From the NCBI RefSeq assembly GCF_006345805.1, contig NC_042997.1, forward strand, positions 146,692,001 to 146,756,000: a stretch of DNA of 64,000 nucleotides, read 5' to 3'. The DNA is from Octopus sinensis (Eukaryota). Below, piece after piece: positions 12,806 to 26,194 of this stretch. Below the pieces are notes generated by a model, which saw only the letters and a program-made list of their open reading frames with translations, made no database searches and was not told the DNA's origin. The translations under genes were made by a program, and so were the position numbers. Within the stretch, counting starts at the first letter, position 1. Each line of letters starts with the position of its first letter.

Positions 12806-13189
12806 TATATATAGATATATTATATATATTATATATATATGAATCAAAAACAATATATCTCTGATGTACAGTTCTCTATGAGCTTTATATGACTATATCA
12901 GTCCTGATACATATGATGAAAAGCGTTCCAGCCATGACCAACACATTTTCTTGTGCATCAAATGTGCCGCATTTGTTCCTTCATTAATGAGATAACGGGT
13001 GAGTTTGACAAGATTTAGCTGATGTTTCCTGGAGGATGAGTGGCGGCATAAATATTCCCCACCTCAGTTCATTAACGGAAGGGAAAATTTATTGTTGTAT
13101 AACTTTTATGCTTAACATAACAGCTTCGATAATAGTAGGAAATAAAAATCATGTTATACAATATTGTATATATATATATACATATATAT

Positions 13190-13628
13190 AGGCGTAGGAG
13201 TGGCTTGCTTACCAACCACATGGTCCGGGTTCAGTCCTATTGCATGAAACCTAGGGCAAGTGTCTTCTACTATAGCCTCGGACGGCTAAAGCCTTGTGGG
13301 TGGGTTTGGTAGATGGAAACTGAAAGAAGCCCGTCGTATATATGTATATATGAGTGTGTGTGTCTGTGTGTGTGAGTGAATGTTTGTGTGTACGTGTGTG
13401 TGTGTGTGTGTGTATACGTTTGTGTGTCTGTGTTTGTCCTTCCAACATCGCTTGACAACCGATGCTGGTGTGTTATGTCCCCGTAACTTACCGGTTCGGC
13501 AAAAGAGACCGATAGAATAAGTACTAGGCTTACAAAGAATAAGTCCTGGGGTCGATTTGCTCAACTAAAAGTCGTTGTTCCAGCATGGCCACAGTTAAAT
13601 AACTGAAACAAGTAAAATAGTAAAAGAG
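13190..13628 (+). mobile_element. SINE family B
   Basis: Head GGAGTGGCTTGCTTACCAACCACATGGTCCGGGTTCAGTCC, core, internal (TG)n, tail CCAGCATGGCCACAGTTAAATAACTGAAACAAG. Confidence 0.85.
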
Positions 13629-13654
13629 TATATATATATATATATATATGTATA

Positions 13655-13860
13655 AGGGTGGAAAGGAACACACGAGTTGATATATATGAAAAAACAAGTC
13701 AAAAATAGAAAATGCTAAGATAATTTTATAGTGAATCTTTCAGTACCGGTTTCGGTCATTTTGAGACCTTTTCAACTGTAACGATTAAATAATTAAATTT
13801 AGAAAAATTAGAAGAAAAGTTTTTTTAAAAGAATATTTCTATAGTAGTGCAAATCAAAAT
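13655..13860 (-). mobile_element. Solo PLE-type terminal repeat
   Basis: Similar to 22030-22235 and 29800-29990. Carries a hammerhead motif and abuts (TA)n. Confidence 0.6.
13738..13781 (-). ncRNA. Minimal type I hammerhead, U3-A8 core variant
   Basis: Minus strand: CAG-TTGAAAA-GGTC(TCAAAAT)GACC-GAAA-CCGG-TA-CTG. P1 3 bp, P2 4 bp, palindromic P3 ACCGGT. Confidence 0.7.
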
Positions 13861-13995
13861 TTTGATTTGAAAACCCCACTAGAATGGGAGAAAGCGCTAA
13901 TGATCTGAATGATATGATATATATATGTAAAAAATGTAATATATAAATATATATCTGTAAATATGAACCATCCGATCTTCTGATTACCTCATTTC

Positions 13996-14033
<38 letters not shown>

Positions 14034-14190
14034 TCAGATAAGTTGAATCGTTAATAAATGCCTTGCAATGTTTCTTCTGATTCTACATTTCTAAGTTCAA
14101 ATGCCGCTGTGGTCAAATTTGTTTTTCACCCTTACCGCATCTCTAAGTCTCTCTCCCTTTTTCGAACACACACAAGCACTGATGCACGCC

Positions 14191-14229
<39 letters not shown>

Positions 14230-14411
14230 TCAGCTGCACAAGAAATATTTGGAACCACTCAGCACCCTTTTTCTGAAAGACATTCAGTTCCACTTTTTAT
14301 CAGTAACAGAAAGTGGTTGCTGCGTTCTGACATATATAAGTGCGTATGTATGTTTGTGTGTATGTATATATATATGGAATGGAAGCACTCATATGTAAAA
14401 AATATATATAT

Positions 14412-14641
14412 ATTTCTTTACTACCCACAAGGGGCTAAACACAGAGGGGACAAACAAGGACAGACAAACGGATTAAGTCGATTACATCGATCCCAGTGCG
14501 TAACTGGTACTTAATTTATCGACCCCGAAAGGATGAAAGGCAAAGTCGACCTCGACGGAATTTGAACTCAGAACGTAACGACAGACGAAATACGGCTACG
14601 CATTTCGCCCGGCGTACTAACGTTTCTGCCAGCTCGCCGCC
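14412..14641 (-). mobile_element. SINE family A monomer (tail 1)
   Basis: Near-consensus copy. Confidence 0.9.
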
Positions 14642-14835
14642 ATAAAAATACAAAATGGGACAAGAACGCAAAACACTCAAATAGACGACACAAAAAACGG
14701 ACGGGTCATTCGAAGCCTCTAATCTTCAGTCAAGAAGCGGATCATCCTCGCAATTTCGAGGCTTCGAATGACCCGTCCGTTTTTTGTGTCGTCTATTTGA
14801 GTGTTTTGCGTTCTTGTCTCATTTTGTATTTTTAT
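14642..14835. repeat. Inverted repeat, 78-bp arms, 38-nt spacer
   Basis: 14642-14719 versus 14758-14835, 1 mismatch. Confidence 0.9.
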
Positions 14836-14875
14836 ATATATATTTTATACATACACGTAACGTACACCTTGTTCT

Positions 14876-14910
<35 letters not shown>

Positions 14911-15340
14911 CTGAGTAAATAGTTCAACAGAAAATATTTGCGAAGATACCATTAGCTGTAGACTGAGATATGGGGGGGGGGCAGACAGGCAAACAGAATT
15001 CTGCTTTTATTATTATAGTTAAACGTTTTTTAACTATAATAATAAAAGTTTTTTTTTTACATTTATATGTGCTGCTGAAATTGGATTGCATCAAAATGCC
15101 CTCGAGTATTTTCTGCCATCAAATACGCGATATAGAATCGAACAAACACTGCACAGCATTCTGACGGAAGTTCTAACAATTCCACCAGATCATAATCATT
15201 ATGAAACCACTGGTATTACATTAATGCCAATCTTTCTATTAAAATAAACTATTCATCAACATATGCGGTGTTAATTATTCATTTTCGTTTTAATTATATG
15301 TGTGTAGAAAGATAGACAGACAGACACACACACAGACGTA

Positions 15341-15945
15341 CATCATCATCATTGTTCAATCGTGATCGAGACAATGGAATTTACCATGCTACGCTAGACT
15401 TCACGGTCCGTCATAGCATTACGGAGGTCCTGTTGCTGGATACCTGTATCCGTGGAGATTACATCAGGGTAGGAGAGTGGGCGCCCTCTGGTATCGCGAA
15501 TAGATGGCTTCCAGAGGAGAAGAGTAGAAATTGCCTCGTTTTCAGCTCTACAACAATGTCCAGCAAACTGGACTCTCCTACCTTTCAAAAGAGATGACAC
15601 AGGTGGTAGTTTCCCATATATTTGCATTTTGGTTGGATGACGCTTCCACGAGAGATTTTGAGCTCTCATAAGGAGGCGAGTGTAGGTTCCATCCAACCGC
15701 TTCTCAAGCTTCTTTGATAACGTCCAGGTTTCTGAGCCATATAGTAGAATTGGTTCGACTGTGGATTTGAAGATTTTAAGTTTGAAGTCTCTACTTAGAT
15801 TTGATGACCAGATCTTATGCATATCATTACAGACTGACCAGGCCATACCCTTTCTAGTTAGAAAATTTTTTCCAGATGATGATATGTATGAGCCAAGATA
15901 TTTGTAATCAGAAACCATATTTAAGGGCGTATTGTTGAGAGTATG
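15341..15945 (-). mobile_element. RTE-clade LINE 3' fragment
   Basis: DYKYLGSYI...LLYGSETWTL...RLLMRAQNLSW...RRVQFAGHC...RGRP. A premature TAG replaces a probable Trp codon near the C-terminus. (TGA)n tail at 15341-15352. Confidence 0.9.
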
Positions 15946-15954
15946 GATACACAG

Positions 15955-16116
<162 letters not shown>

Positions 16117-16214
16117 GCTATCAAGTTAAAATCGTGTATTCTCCCTTTAGTTTTCTGTACTATCTATATTCCCTGTAAAAGTAAATTTATTTGTCCATAT
16201 ATATAAATATTTAC

Positions 16215-16400
16215 GCTGCAAGCTGGCAGAATTCTTAGCTCGTCGGGCGACATTTCATCCAACTTTGCGTTCTGTGTTCAAATGCTTCCTTCATCCTTTC
16301 GGAGTCGAAAAAATAAGTACTAGTTGATCACTGGAGTCGATATAATCGACTTACCCCTTCCCCTAAATTGCTATCCTCGTGCTAAAAATTGAAGCTAATA
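16215..16400 (+). mobile_element. SINE family A, degenerate
   Basis: AGCTGGCAGAA head and CTTCATCCTTTCGGAGTCGA core. Confidence 0.7.
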
Positions 16401-16494
16401 TATATAAATATGTATTTATTTTCTGCAATATATATATATATATATATATTATTATATATATATATATATAATATATATATATATTATATATATA

Positions 16495-16710
16495 TATAAG
16501 AGGAAAAAATCTATAAGAGGAAAAAATCTATCAAAAAAGGAACTCTAATCTCTCTTTAAAAAATATATTTTGATAAGCATAACAAATGCGCAACCGGTAA
16601 AAAGAACTTTCACTAATTAAATTACTTAAATTACTTAAATTATTTTGTCAGCATTTTCTTCATTTCCTTTTTATATATCACACTCGTGTTCCACATCTTC
16701 TTTTTTAAAT
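16495..16710 (+). mobile_element. Solo PLE-type terminal repeat, same family as the 37613-37929 palindrome
   Basis: Near-identical to the right arm of 37613-37929. Hammerhead-like motif TTGATAA-GCAT/ATGC-GCAA-CCGG-TA at 16570-16599. Confidence 0.7.
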
Positions 16711-16749
16711 ATATATATATATATATACACACACAAACACACACACACC

Positions 16750-16808
<59 letters not shown>

Positions 16809-17098
16809 CATATATATGTACATATATATATATATATATATACACATATATATGTACATATGCACACACGTATATATGTACGTGTGCTTGTATGTATGTA
16901 TGCATGCATATGAGTGTATGTATGTATGTATATTGTTACGAATGCCGACTGAGAACTGATTAAAACTATGACATGTGCTCGTCCGTCTGTGCCGATCTAG
17001 CATTTTTCCAGTCAATCTCCGTTTGTAAAATTTTTTGCATTATTACTTTTAACGCTATCATCTTTCCCAATGTTATGGTTCTCAGCTTTATAGATGTA

Positions 17099-17135
<37 letters not shown>

Positions 17136-17828
17136 GTGTGCATACATATATAGACATATACACATATTTTATATATATTTGCATATACGTCTATGTATAC
17201 GTGTATGTATGTATACGTAGGTGGATGGGTTGAGTGAAATACACATATAATATATATATATATATATTATATAAATAAATACACATATAATATATATATA
17301 TATGTGTGTGTGTGTGTATATATATATGTGTGTGTGTATGTATGTATGTATGTATGTATGTATGTATGTATATATGTATATATATCAATACGTATTATAC
17401 ATTTATATTACTTGAATATATATGTGTGTGTGTGTGTGTGTATGTGTGTGTGTGTGTGTGCATAGAGTGAGAAAGAGAACGAAAGAGCGAGAGAGTGGGA
17501 GGAGATAGAGAAAAGGACTGTGTGAGTATATATTTGTATAGAGGGTCACCTTGAATATATATGGATAATTACCGAATATTTATGAACAACCAAGGAAGTA
17601 AGAATCGAGCGGAGCTATTCAACTTAAGATAAAATTTAACGCACTATGATATCAATTTCTGCTTAACTGTAAACCAACGTTTTTCAATATGAATAGGAGA
17701 GGCTCTTAGATGACTTTAAGCTAACGACCAATTTGCAAATGTGAAGAGGGAAACGGGAGGCACTGGATATTCAGAGTGAGGCCATAATTGTCCTCTGAAA
17801 TGAACCATTTAACTCAGGTACAATAACT

Positions 17829-18040
17829 GGCAATCCATCGGTTGCGACGACGAGGGTTCCAGTTGATCTAAGCAACGGAACAGCTTGTTCGTGAAATGAA
17901 ATTAACGTGTAAATGGCTGAATACTCCACAGACACACGTACCTCTCACGTAATTCACAATGAGAGTCAGAATGACATAGAATATGACAAGGGTGGCCCTT
18001 TGTATTACAGGCACAACTCGTTTCCGTCAGCTGAGTAGAA
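17829..18040 (-). mobile_element. SINE family C 3' part
   Basis: Reverse complement of the family C body and tail. Confidence 0.75.
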
Positions 18041-18084
18041 AAGTACAATAATTAACTCAAAAACCCATTTTCAAAAAAAAAATA

Positions 18085-19352
18085 CCTTTGGCGGGATTTG
18101 AATATGGGAAGAGCATTTTGTTATCAATTAGCAGAAACATTATTGATAATGCGCCAAGATCCAATATTCACAATTTGTTTATTTTATTTCTTAATTAGTA
18201 ATTAAAATATTTTAAACATTATTATTGAATAAAGTTAAAGCAAAATTTATGGTTTTAGCGCGGTTTTTGGCATAGTCTACTTCTTTACCTTTTCTCAATG
18301 TCGTGTTCAGTATATGATTTAAACTAATCACTCTGAGTTTCCAGATATTTTACTACTCTCTTCGTTGGGTTTACATAAGTACATCCAATAAATTGATATT
18401 GTAGAAATGATTCAGAGCATAGGGATCACTGCATATAATGGTTCTTCTTCGGTTGACATTAGTGGTTAAGGCTTATGAACTGGCGAGGAAGATGAAAGAG
18501 ATGAGAGATAACCATACTGAGAAAAACGACGGGTCAAAACTAATATTGAAATAGCTGTCTCGAAATTGAATTAGTTCGCCTTTAAATAAATATCGAACCA
18601 GAAGATTTTAGAATCCGTTTAGATTCATATTTTATTTTTGACTCTTTTATAAGTATAATTTCTTATGTTTTATAAACTTTTTATATAAGGCGATAGATTG
18701 GTAGAATATTTAGAGCGTCAGACAGTATGTCTCAAAATATTATTTGTTCCGACTTAGGTTCTGAGTTAATATTCCGCTGAAGTCAGCTTAGCCTCTCATC
18801 CTTTCGGAGTTGATAAAACAAAGTTTCAGTTAAATATTTGGGTTGGTACCATCGACTGACCCTCTCTTGCCGAAAATGTTGGTTTTGTGCTATAATTAGA
18901 AACAGTTATTAATAGAATGTCAATTTTCTGTAATAAAATAGAGGATAGATCACTTTGGTTTTAAACCCAAAAGGAAGAAAATGCCCGTAATATACAATCA
19001 TTTAAAATATGGTGGTATTGCATGCACACTGTTAACCAACATTCAGCAAAGTATCTAATTTGTGTAAAAAAAAAACCTCAACAAATGTAGAAACAGAAGT
19101 TTTTTTTCAATAAAAGAACTTTATCGGGATTTGATTATGAGAAGAGCATTTTGTTATCAATTAGCAGAAACAGTATTGATAATGCGCCAAGATCCAATGT
19201 TCACAATTTGTTTCTTTTATATCTTAATCAGTAATTAAGATATTTTGAATGTTATCATTGTTTGAAGTTAAAGCAAAAATTATGGTTTTAGCGCGGTGGC
19301 CTTATCTACTTCTTTACCTGTTCTCAATGTCAGGTACAGTGTGTGATTTAAA
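18085..19352 (+). repeat. Diverged direct repeat of about 240 bp (18085-18325 and 19122-19352)
   Basis: Shared block GAAGAGCATTTTGTTATCAATTAGCAGAAACA..TTGATAATGCGCCAAGATCCAAT.TTCACAATTTG. Confidence 0.85.
18706..18905 (+). mobile_element. SINE family A, old copy
   Basis: GTTCTGAGTT B-box region and CATCCTTTCGGAGTTGATAAA core. Confidence 0.6.
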
Positions 19353-19629
19353 ACAAATGAAAACAAAACATTAGGATAAGATCAAAAAGGATTTTTCTTT
19401 TCGTGATTTAGACATTAATTTGAACATAATTCTACAATTATGAAGAATAAAAGGGGAGAAAATGAAACTATAATTCATAAAGGTTTTGTTGCATCTTATA
19501 TAATTTCAAAATAAATTGCTAAATATGAGAAGCTCCGTAGAATTGGAAAATTTCTTATTTCACCTATGAACGAAATTTTCAATACTTTGTTGTTAATATA
19601 ACTGTTGTAATTTCTGTAATTTCTGTCCA

Positions 19630-20072
19630 TAATAACGCAATTTCAACTAGCATATAACATTGAAAGCAAGCTTGGTGATAGCTTTAAAAAATCAGAATTT
19701 TGCTTGACTTGATGAAACAACACTGCGTGATAATGAAGCTTTATTACTGGTCTGTGTGTGCTGTATCAACACAGATAAAGAGATTGTTGAAGACTGTCTA
19801 TTTGCTAAACAACTGTAACCTGATAGAAAGGATTCAAAGATTTACTAAATTATGATGGTTCAACGATTTACAAGATTATAGAGGCTTAACGATTTACAAG
19901 ATTGTGGGGAAAATTTTCAACGATAAATTCCTCTTACATATACTATTGCATGTGCAACAGATGAGACGCCTTCAGTTGTTGGTTGTCATCAGGGATTAAT
20001 AATTCATTTAAAAAGGAAAATTCTGAATTTTTTTGCTAACCACTGTGTTATCTCAGGCAGCATTTAGCAAAA
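19630..20072 (+). mobile_element. hAT (Charlie/Buster-like) transposase fragment
   Basis: DETTLRDNEALLL...CLFAKQL...IPLTYTIACATDETPSVVG...NHCVI.RQHLAK across frameshifts. Confidence 0.75.
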
Positions 20073-20326
20073 TATAAATGCACAAATCTAGAGTAGCTAG
20101 AAGGAATGCCATCATATGCCAATATAAAAGCACTTTTGAAATATAAATTGAAAATTTTTTAGTTAATGATAGAGAATTTTGTTGTCATATTTCAGAATTG
20201 AAGCATGAAAACGTGAGCTAGAATATGCGGCAAAAAGACAGGCATACATAATATACATACATACATACAACATACATACATACATACATACATACTACAT
20301 ACATACATACATACATACATACACGC

Positions 20327-20396
<70 letters not shown>

Positions 20397-20787
20397 GTAT
20401 TAGTATAAACAGTTAGGCGCACTATAATACCATAAAGGAAAACTTTTATTGTCACTAAATGTGACTGAGATTGCCGAAGCACCTATATTGCGAGAAATAA
20501 GAGTTAAAGGTTCTTAATGCAGTTAGAAGAGCGCAACATATATACACTCATAGGAGAGATAACCACCACATGACCATCCCTAGAATCGCTAGACAAGACT
20601 AGTTTCGCCTGTTTCGTAAGCATTGTCAGTAGTGACTACTCAAACGGTCGATGGTTTGGGTAAATCCATCCACCAGTATTTACACTTTTACTTATACTTT
20701 TTCACTTGTTTGAGTCATTTGACTGCGACCATGGCTGATTTAGCGAAATGCTAATGCGTATATTAGTGAAGGTTATATCCCCTGTCA

Positions 20788-20840
<53 letters not shown>

Positions 20841-21031
20841 CGTGGCAGTCCAGAGGAAAAGGACGAATGGTGCTGTTGATTAGCTCCGAGGGGCTATCGC
20901 CTCTAGCTAGCCATATGACGCACAAATCTGTGTCCATAATACCTTCGAACAGGGGAGGTCATCAACGTCCCCTTGCTTGCTACAAGAATATTATTGAGGT
21001 TGTCAGACTCTGCATGAGGAGTAGACAACCA

Positions 21032-21075
<44 letters not shown>

Positions 21076-21766
21076 CATTATTGATTGTAACTTCGAAGAT
21101 TCGGCCAGCTAAATCATCGTCGGTAATGAGAGAATAGGCACGGGGTATTAAAATGAAGTAAATATTGAGGTCCATTAATTCGACTAACAATTCTTCAAGA
21201 TGGCACCCCAGTATGGCCGCAGTCTAATGACTGAAACAAGTAAAGGATGAAAGTTAAAAGATAAATATTAAATTTAATGCTCTTCAGTTAGCAAAATCTC
21301 AGCCATTTGTTAATTTTCAATTCTTGAATATCTTATTTTCTTTTGAAGTATAATCTGTTGAATATGTTAAATCATATTAAATTTACATTCCTTTGGTTTT
21401 ATAAAACTTATAGTATTTCATTTAAACTTTAAATTGTAACGTTGTTTTTCGTTTATTTATTTTTCTTGAGAAATATTATGTTTTATTTTTTTACTTGTTT
21501 CAGTTACTGGGTTGCGGCAATTTAAGGTATCGCTTTGAAGGGGTTTAGTCGAACAAATGTAACCCAGAACATGCTTTTAAATGTAGTGCTTATTTTGTAA
21601 TTTACTTTTGCGGAACTGGTAGGTTACGGAGACGTAAACAAACCGAGGCCGGTTGTCAAGTAGTGGGAAGTACGAATGCAAGCACACACATACACACAGC
21701 ATATGTATATGTGTGTGTATGTAGATAGATATATATATGTAGATACGGTTATACATATATATATTT

Positions 21767-21820
<54 letters not shown>

Positions 21821-21982
21821 ATGTATATATACATATTACATACATACACATATATAATATATATATTTGTATATATATATGTAAATATATATATATATTA
21901 TAACTTTATCTACATAATATATATATATGTTTTATGTATATGTTTATATATATATGTTTATATATATATATATGTTAATATA

Positions 21983-22021
<39 letters not shown>

Positions 22022-22029
22022 GTTTTATA

Positions 22030-22235
22030 TGTAGACGGTTGAAAAGGAACGCACGAGTTGATATATATGGGAAAAAGTTAAGGTAGAAAATGCTAAAATG
22101 ATTTTATAAAAAAATATTTCAGTATCGGTTTCGGTCATTGAGACTTTTTCAACTGTAATCATAAAAAACAAATTTTGGAAAAATTAAAAGAAAAGTTTTT
22201 CAAAGAATATTTGAATAGTATTCAAATACAAGGGA
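22030..22235 (-). mobile_element. Solo PLE-type terminal repeat with decayed hammerhead (22117-22158)
   Basis: Paralog of 13655-13860. P2 now AGTC/GACC and P3 now ACCGAT, each broken by one substitution. Confidence 0.6.
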
Positions 22236-22404
22236 CATTTTCCTTGTTTCTGCCTTCCCTGTCTCTCTTGTTTACTCTTGTGGGTTCGAGGTCGTTGTGA
22301 ATTCTTGGCAGGGAAGAAGAAGAAGAAAGAAAAGAAGAAGAAGGAGGAGGAGGAGGATGTGGGAGTGCCACTACTACCATCAACAAGTCACTTTTGGAAG
22401 TTTG

Positions 22405-22835
22405 CTTCGAAATCGCATGGTCCCGGGTTCATCCCTACTGCGTGGCACCTTGAGCAAGTATCGTCTAATATAGCCTCGGGCCTACCAAAGCCTTGTAAGT
22501 GGATTTGGTAGACGGAAACTGAAAGAAGCCCTTCGTGTATATATGAATGTATGTGTGCGTCATATGTCTAGCTAGACTCGTTCGTGTGTGTGCGCACGTG
22601 CAAGTGTGTGTGCTCGCGTGTGTGTGTCTTTCAGTCTGCCCCCACCCCTACCGCTTGACAACCGACGCTGGGTGGGTTTACGTCCCGGTAACTTAGCAAT
22701 AAAAGACCGATAGAATAAGCACCAGGTTAAAACAATATGAGTAGTAGGGTCGATTCATTCGACAAAAAAATCTTTGAAGGTGCCCCAGCTAAGCCGCAGT
22801 CTAATAACTGAAACAAGTCAAATAAAAAGAAAAAG
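22405..22835 (+). mobile_element. SINE family B
   Basis: B box, CACCTTGAGCAAG core, internal microsatellite, tail. Confidence 0.8.
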
Positions 22836-22889
22836 TATATAGATATATATTATATATATACATATATTTTATCTCTCTCAATATATATT

Positions 22890-22922
<33 letters not shown>

Positions 22923-22923
22923 G

Positions 22924-23015
<92 letters not shown>

Positions 23016-23029
23016 TTCCATCCACATAT

Positions 23030-23170
23030 TTTCGTCAACTGAATCAACTCAGAAGGCATTAGTCGGCCGGAGCTATAGTACAAGCGACTTGCCTAAAGTG
23101 CCACGCAGTGGGAGTGAACCTGAAACGACGAGGTTGCAAACCAACCTTCTTAACCACACAACCACACTTG
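23030..23170 (-). mobile_element. SINE family B 5' part
   Basis: Reverse complement of the head and core. Confidence 0.7.
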
Positions 23171-23178
23171 CACCAATA

Positions 23179-23562
23179 TCTCTCTCTATATAAACGGCAG
23201 TTTGTCTGTGCGTTTTCTGTGTGTCTGTTTTCTCGTACCCTCACTCTGACCACGGCTTTCAACCGATTCTGATGAAACTTGACACACACATAGCCCAATG
23301 TCATAATTCAAAACTAACGAAGCGAAAATTTTGAAAAGTTCCCCCAGTTCTGAAAAAAAAAAATATAATTCGACATGGGGTCGAGAATCAGAAACCCAAA
23401 CCACAGACCGTCTAGGGGACGCAACTCCACCTTTTTTAACTCTCAAAAAAATTTACCATCACTTTTTTTCCATTTTTTTGCTATTTTTTGGCTATAACTC
23501 TCTAAAAATGCTTTATAGTTATTTCCCTTACAAACCTGAGCAACGCCGGGCGATACTGCTAG
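23179..23562 (+). mobile_element. Non-autonomous Helitron
   Basis: Begins TC after an A (23178). Ends with hairpin CGCC-G-GGCG followed by CTAG (23559-23562) before a T. No TSD. Confidence 0.7.
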
Positions 23563-23974
23563 TTTCTATTAAAACTTAACAAAAGTGACGCAAGTCTACA
23601 CAAATATCTAAAAAGAAGCCCCTACTAGTTGAGATAATATAATATGAATAACAAATCACCGTTACATTAGCTTCTGTTGCATTAAAATAACTTGGTATTC
23701 CTGTTCATTTTCTTTTCTATGAAAAGCATTCAGAGGAGTAACTTGTAAAACGCCAAACGAAAATGATTTGAGGAACACAGCTTCAAATAGATGTTAATTT
23801 CCTGCTACTACCATAGTTGTAATAATTATTAATGAATTCGTAAGTATCCTCACGTAATTTGATAACAATTTTCAGTACATATAATTGAGGCTATACATAT
23901 TTCACATAAAGTTTTAGAATACGAGAACACATTTGTATGTGCATGTATGTAACTATATATATATATATATTTAT

Positions 23975-24005
<31 letters not shown>

Positions 24006-24351
24006 AGGGAATATGATTCCAAACTTACAGGGAAAAATTCAATTTACTAATACTAAATCAAATTTCACAATATATAAAATATGTATATAAATTAGAGAAG
24101 AACTACCAAGTAGCAATTCTACATGGTGGTTCTTCTCTAATTTATATACATATATATATATAATATATTTTACGCACACATACGTGTGCATATATACATA
24201 TATACATATATACATGCATATATACATATATACATATATAAATATAGGAACAAATCAAATATTAAAATATATTATATATATATATAATATATATATACAC
24301 ATATATTCGTATAACTATATGTATATATACATATATATATATATTCGTATA

Positions 24352-24408
<57 letters not shown>

Positions 24409-24585
24409 AGGCTAGAGGACGCCGTGATGGCGTCAGCCCTTCTGGTGACATTGATGATCGCCTGGGGCTAAATGCATCAGTAACACCCCCACCGCCCTGC
24501 CCTGTCCCTAGCCACATTCGGATGGCTGACGTCCCTTATGTTATGGAGCAGTTACTGTATATACCTCGTTTAGAGAATTATATTG

Positions 24586-24648
<63 letters not shown>

Positions 24649-25265
24649 GTATGAATCGTATATGCATACGTATAGTGTGTGCATGTGTGTGTGTGTAATT
24701 ACTGTATGGAATCAGTTAAAGCGTGTTACTCTGCAAGTTAAACTTCAGAGGAACTTTCTACTTGTTGAATGAGGTCTACAGCATAACTGGATTTAAAATC
24801 GTCAGACTTTACAATCTGATAGCCTCGATATCGGTTCGAAAAATATTTGACGATTTTAATGCCAGTGGTAGTATAAATTTGATCCAATAAATGCGAATTT
24901 TTCACAGGAAAATATGTGGGACTCGGAGTAACATGCTTTAACCGTTCCATAAAGCAGCATTTCTACCCTCACTTATTTCCCTTCGCCCATTTAGTTCTAA
25001 ATGATAATTTACATTTTCCTTCCGCAACTAAGAAGTAATTTTCTGTTAATTAAGAATTTTTTCATCCGCCATTCAGTATATTATGTTTTTAATAATCCAT
25101 TTTAATGCCACTGATTCAATTTAGCTATTGCCCAAACCTTATTTTAGCCATTTCACATATTTATTAGTGGCATATATATGATGTGTGTGTGTTTGTGTGC
25201 CTGTGCGCGTGTGCATGTTTGCGTGTGCACGCGCGTGCATATATGCATATATATATGTGTATATA

Positions 25266-25326
<61 letters not shown>

Positions 25327-25334
25327 ATATTATA

Positions 25335-26181
25335 TTGGGTCATCCCATAAATAATGCGGTTTTTTATACATTTATTTTTCAAAATCAAGATAAGCAAAGT
25401 TCTTTTGTAATCTAAAGTATACTCGCCTTCATTTTCTACAATGCTCTTCCATCTATCCGGTAGACTTGCAAGTCCCCTCTTCCAAAAACCACTTGTCCGT
25501 GACAAAAAATACTCATCCAGTACTGTTTTGAAGACTGCAGAATAAATGATAATCAAATGGGGCAATGGCCAGCAAATATGGTGGGTGGGGCATCGTTCCC
25601 CATTCAAACTGCTCCAGCCTTTGGTATGTCATCTCCGATGTATGTGGCCAAGCATTATCCTGATGGAAGAACACCTTTCGTCTTGAAACAAAAGATGGTC
25701 GTTTTTCTTCTAGCGCTGACTTGAATGACTGGTTGAATGTCCAAATCCAAGCTTCTCTGCTAGTTCCTCAAACGTTACGATGGGATTTTGTTCCACCAGG
25801 GTTTGCAAGACGTCCTCGTCGAGCTCTACAGGTCATCCAGGACGAAGCTCGTTTTCTAGGCTTGGAATTTCTGGAACTACCGTTGACACTGGCTTACGCT
25901 TATTGTCCGATTCCCATATACTGCATTAATATTCCGCGCACCTTCCCTTGCATTGTTACCTTTATTGAACTCATAAAGCAAAATATGCTGAATATGCTCC
26001 TTTGTCACTTACATTATAGCTTTGACTGTTAAAATCGAACTGCACTCTTCAAAACTTGCACTAGTAGAAGCTAAAATTACTACCTGTTTTTAAAGCAAGT
26101 TGATGCAGGTAGTTTATCCCGCCCCCTCCGAATTTTAGTTCATGCAATTGAAAAAAAAGCATTATTTATGGGATGAACCAA
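25335..26181 (-). mobile_element. Mariner internal-deletion derivative with both TIRs
   Basis: TIRs TTGGGTCATCCCATAAATAATGC and GCATTATTTATGGGATGAACCAA with TA on both sides. N-terminus VTKEHIQHILLYEFNKG is joined to C-terminal FHQDNAWPH...HPPY..IAP.DYHLF. Confidence 0.9.
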
Positions 26182-26194
26182 TATATACAATATA

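Noticed and set aside
18086-18103. TTTGGCGGGATTTGAA as an E2F/CDE-CHR promoter element
   Set aside because: Non-standard spacing, not conserved in the duplicate at about 19122, and no linked gene start.
24720-24950. Overlapping short ORFs on both strands
   Set aside because: No recognisable motif and no convincing splice signals; compatible with chance.
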